From Dendrobates tinctorius (lineage: Eukaryota): a stretch of 64,000 nt of DNA. This document shows, in pieces, positions 62,001 to 64,000 of this stretch (positions are counted from its first letter, which is position 1; the number at the start of each line of letters is the position of its first letter). Position numbers and translations under genes: made by a program. The notes below the pieces were generated by a model, which was not told the origin of the DNA, did not search any database, and saw only the letters and a program-made list of their open reading frames with translations. The DNA is taken from contig NW_027361687.1 of assembly GCF_039654945.1 (NCBI RefSeq), forward strand, positions 35,216,001 through 35,280,000, read 5' to 3'.

Positions 62001-62397
62001 TCACAGCTGAGGCTTTGTTACGATTTTAGTCCCCCCCCCACCACACACACCTTCAGGCGTCCTAGTGGGATCCCAGAGGAGGACGTGCGCAGCCATCTGA
62101 TGCCGTACCTCCTGAAACAGCGTGAATACCTGCGTGGGCTCTTAAAGGAGAAGCGGCTGGAAAACGCGCAGCTGGCGCAGTCCGTCCTTGCCGGGAGGGA
62201 GAAGATAGAGGAGATGCAGAAAGAGATCCAGAGGAGGCAGCAGGCCTGGCAGGTAATTAAGGAGAATAGATTCTATAACACAAGAACTACAACTCCCAGC
62301 AGTACTATATTTAGTTCTTGTCTTCTTATTTTAGAGTCTGAGCCAGTCACAGCGGGATCTGCTTCTCTCCCTTCACGGCTCCAGGGACGGAATCTGA
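44076..62397 (+). CDS. PMF1: Polyamine-modulated factor 1 (MIS12 kinetochore complex subunit, Nnf1 homologue), 5 exons, 205 aa
   Basis: Exons 44076-44227, 61680-61785, 61865-61965, 62057-62252, 62335-62397 (618 nt, GT-AG, in phase). ...VDKFLEALMDAGNYQRFANCY...IYEQFVTQL...WRPSGIPEEDVRSHLMPYLLKQR...ENAQLAQSVLAGR. AATAAA at ~62468. Follows SLC25A44, as in mammals. Confidence 0.92.
44730..48746. repeat. 40 bp minisatellite (GTGCTCTTACTGCCCGCCTGTTAGTAGGGGACGCCTAGCG) in PMF1 intron 1
   Basis: Homogeneous 44730-47185 with some 37 bp variants, degenerate 47620-48746. It resumes at 61369-61560 after the Harbinger insertion. Confidence 0.97.
50964..52345 (+). pseudogene. DIRS-B gag-like ORF1 with N-terminal CxxC...CxxC, frameshifted
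   Basis: MSGKGK...CVSC...CEAC (ORF 50868-51248) continues in ORF 51163-52173 (...IRRALWLRLW...LPYQGSRLFGEKLDKLI). Confidence 0.75.
52370..54240 (+). pseudogene. DIRS-B pol (RT, RNase H, methyltransferase-like), with stop codon and frameshifts
   Basis: FYSNLFAVPKKDG, RHFRMESL, TAG at 52754-52756, ALPFGLATA, PYLDD, TTDASLLGWG, IQSDNATA, then WGTPDVDLMAS...YLFPP. Confidence 0.88.
53439..55259 (+). CDS. DIRS-B tyrosine recombinase ORF3 (606 aa open frame, overlapping pol)
   Basis: AITSVRRVSEL, FLPKVVS, HTLDLVRAL, AHSTRAVG and TFSKHY (catalytic R, H-x-x-R and Y), uninterrupted to TAA at 55259. Confidence 0.85.
   Translation: MVGDDNRCESSRLGSGFPPSHGSGAMVASGKAPPDQLVGDSSGAVGTSAFPALSGRASGPDSIGQRHGDGIRESPGRHALQGNHARDRACTTLGRGEPLCNLSGPHTRRGKLGSRFPKPAGCRGRGMVPAPRGVPADFPTLGDSGRGSDGLQGERQSSHVCRSVSRPASNRSGCVGPTVEPVSASIPVSPAATTSEGHQKNQGRGVSGNSAGPRLAPSGMVCGSGAAPRRRSLASAGTAILTVSGADLPPKLGGPVFDGMAVESWILTQAGFGREVVATMVSARKPTSARIYHHTWKVFFRWCREHGVAPLSFSVPNILAFLQSGLDAGLAPSSLRRQISALSVLFQRRIATNMQVKTFIQGVSPFVPPYRAPIDAWDLNLVLGVLQEAPFEPLQEVSLSYSSRKVVFLVAITSVRRVSELAALSCKAPFLTFYKDKVVLRPAPPFLPKVVSSFHINEDIVLPSFCPAPVHRVERALHTLDLVRALRRYVLRTAPFRQTDSLFVIPEGRRKGLSASRSTIARWIRLTIQEAYRIRGTPIPTGIGAHSTRAVGASWALRHQASAEQVCKAATWFSLHTFSKHYNVHTRASSDASLGRKILQVAVAHL
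57830..57886 (+). mobile_element. Extremely 5'-truncated SINE/L2 tail insertion
   Basis: TGTAAAGCGCTGCGGAATATGTTGGCGCTATATAAATAAAGC(ATT)n flanked by ATCAC repeats (57825-57829 and 57887-57891). It matches the V-SINE tail at 14165-14200. Confidence 0.8.
58856..59013. mobile_element. hAT-like foldback MITE
   Basis: CAGGGTTCCCCAACTC ... GAGTTGGGGAACCCTG with ~50 bp inverted arms. It lies between ~85 bp direct repeats (~58704-58790 and ~59032-59116). Confidence 0.75.
59224..61025 (-). pseudogene. Harbinger DDE transposase (HARBI1-family nuclease), 2 exons, disrupted
   Basis: Exon 61025-60355 (interrupted by the MITE at 60455-60775) and exon 60111-59224. Motifs WIHP, LLVTLR|FLATG, GAVDGKHI, VGDEAF, NYRLTRARRTVECAFG, CVVLHNF. 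Frameshift near 59340. Confidence 0.9.
60455..60775. mobile_element. PIF/Harbinger MITE, 321 bp, inside the transposase exon
   Basis: TAA-GGCTATGTACACACG ... CGTGTGCACATAGCC-TAA. Removing it restores the frame MSQQSFNDLLGRVQEAIRRQDT. Confidence 0.9.
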
Positions 62398-62787
62398 TTA
62401 TCACAGCTTTGATTCTCCGGTGTCTTTCTCCATATTGTGAGACATTGGCTTTGTCGTTTTCTGTGTCAATAAATTATTTTTTTTTCACCCAGTTTCGGGC
62501 AGTTTAGAATAAACCTATAATATTATGCTCACCATGTATTGGCAGTGATGGAGGCTCGGGGGGGCTTCTGTGGCATTACTGTGAGAACATGCTCCTGAGA
62601 GTACATTTGGAGTTATAGTTGTAAATGATGGGGCTCATGGTTGTTTACTGTAGTTAGAAATCACTGCGGTTCTTCCCATCTGTATCTAAATAAGCTGTGG
62701 TTTCCCTCTTGGACCAAGGTCTGTGGATGCGGTCTCCTGTGAACTCCATCCCCTCAGCACTGACATGTGGACGAGACATCAGTCCCA

Positions 62788-63430
62788 GCAGCGGAAACTA
62801 TCCCTGCACCCCCAAACCACTGCAAAAAATATACCTTCACCCCCACACGACGGCGGAAACTATCCCTGCACCCCAAAACCACTGCAAAAAATACCTTCAC
62901 CCCCATACCATGGCGGAAACTATCCCTGCACCCCAAAACCACTGCAAAAAATACCTTCACCCCCATACCACGGCGGAAACTATCCCTGCACCCCCAAACC
63001 ACTGCAAAAAATATACCTTCACCCCCACACCACGGCGGAAACTATCCCTGCACCCCAAAACCACTGCAAAAAATACCTTCACCCCCATACCATGGCGGAA
63101 ACTATCCCTGCACCCCAAAACCACTGCAAAAAATACCTTCACCCCCATACCACGGCGGAAACTATCCCTGCACCCCCAAACCACTGCAAAAAATATACCT
63201 TCACCCCCACACCACGGCGGAAACTATCCCTGCACCCCAAAACCACTGCAAAAAATACCTTCACCCCCATACCATGGCAGAAACTCCCTGCACCCCCAAA
63301 CCACTGCAAAAAAATATACCTTCACCCCCATACCATGGCGGAAACTATCCCTGCACCCCAAAACCACTGCAAAAAATACCTTCACCCCCATACCACGGCG
63401 GAAACTATCCCTGCACCCCACCAAACTACT
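62788..63430. repeat. 60-62 bp minisatellite (GGCGGAAACTATCCCTGCACCCCAAAACCACTGCAAAAAATACCTTCACCCCCATACCA)
   Basis: About 10 tandem units with a roughly three-unit higher-order pattern. Source of the overlapping repetitive ORFs. Confidence 0.95.
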
Positions 63431-64000
63431 GCCTTAAATATCTGTGCACCCCCCCACATCATTGAACATATTCCTGCAAGCCCCCCTCTCCACCCAGACC
63501 ACTATATCCCTGCGATTCTCAGAATACAGCAGTTGTGTTATCTCTCGGTATATTGCACATGAAGATGAACATGGACCCGTAGAAGCGCAGCAACAGCGCG
63601 ACACGGCCATCAGGCTTGTTCACCTGCTCACGTCTCCTGCACACCGCACCATGGACTTTGAGATGTTGATATCCTCTAATATGGATTAAAGGAATTCAAG
63701 AAAGACGGGGTGAGTGCTCCATTTCTCTCCTTCTTGTCTGTGCATTATCTCTAGATGTGATGTGCAGCTCTGCACCAGGGACCCTCGGGGCACAGGCTGA
63801 CCCCCTGGCACACAGCAGTACAGGACGTGGCTCTGGTGTCCCCAGCTGGTTCAGTTCTCCGGTTGCGGTGTGGAGGAAATGTTTCCTCGGTCGTGTTAAT
63901 AACAGGGGGAATGAGCAGCCGATAATTCTATGTTGCCGTGGCGGTTTCTGACAGTGTTATTATAAGGTTATAATGCATTAGTCTCTTTTCTTAACCCTTC

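Noticed and set aside
62697-63562. Three overlapping repetitive ORFs
   Set aside because: Products of the 60-62 bp minisatellite.
62520-64000. BGLAP (osteocalcin), expected after PMF1
   Set aside because: No signal peptide or Gla-domain exon is recognisable in the window; the GTGAGT...CTAG at ~63710-63754 alone is not enough.

Overview
This is vertebrate genomic DNA, most likely from a frog (inferred from the repeat families and the non-mammalian CAR sequence). It holds four intact spliced genes: NR1I3/CAR (+, 5105-17604), TOMM40L (-, 19152-25654), SLC25A44 (+, 29133-30474) and PMF1 (+, 44076-62397). TOMM40L and SLC25A44 are head-to-head across a short motif-rich promoter. The introns and intergenic DNA are packed with 30-62 bp minisatellites and nested mobile elements: several Tc1 elements, hAT-type elements and MITEs, an L2 3' fragment and V-SINE copies, a decayed Gmr1-like Gypsy element, two full-length DIRS retrotransposons with inverted termini and an internal complementary region, and a 12.6 kb two-gene PIF/Harbinger element with three related Harbinger MITEs. 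The best candidate for something undescribed is a duplicated ~110 nt two-hairpin RNA motif with compensatory base changes in the 5' leader of one DIRS element (49813-50095). Also notable are an apparent loss of the last TOMM40L intron, a 498 bp near-perfect palindrome in a CAR intron, and a split ~30 bp array whose variable parts keep a micro-hairpin. All calls come from reading the sequence by eye; comparisons with human genes are from memory and need alignment to confirm.
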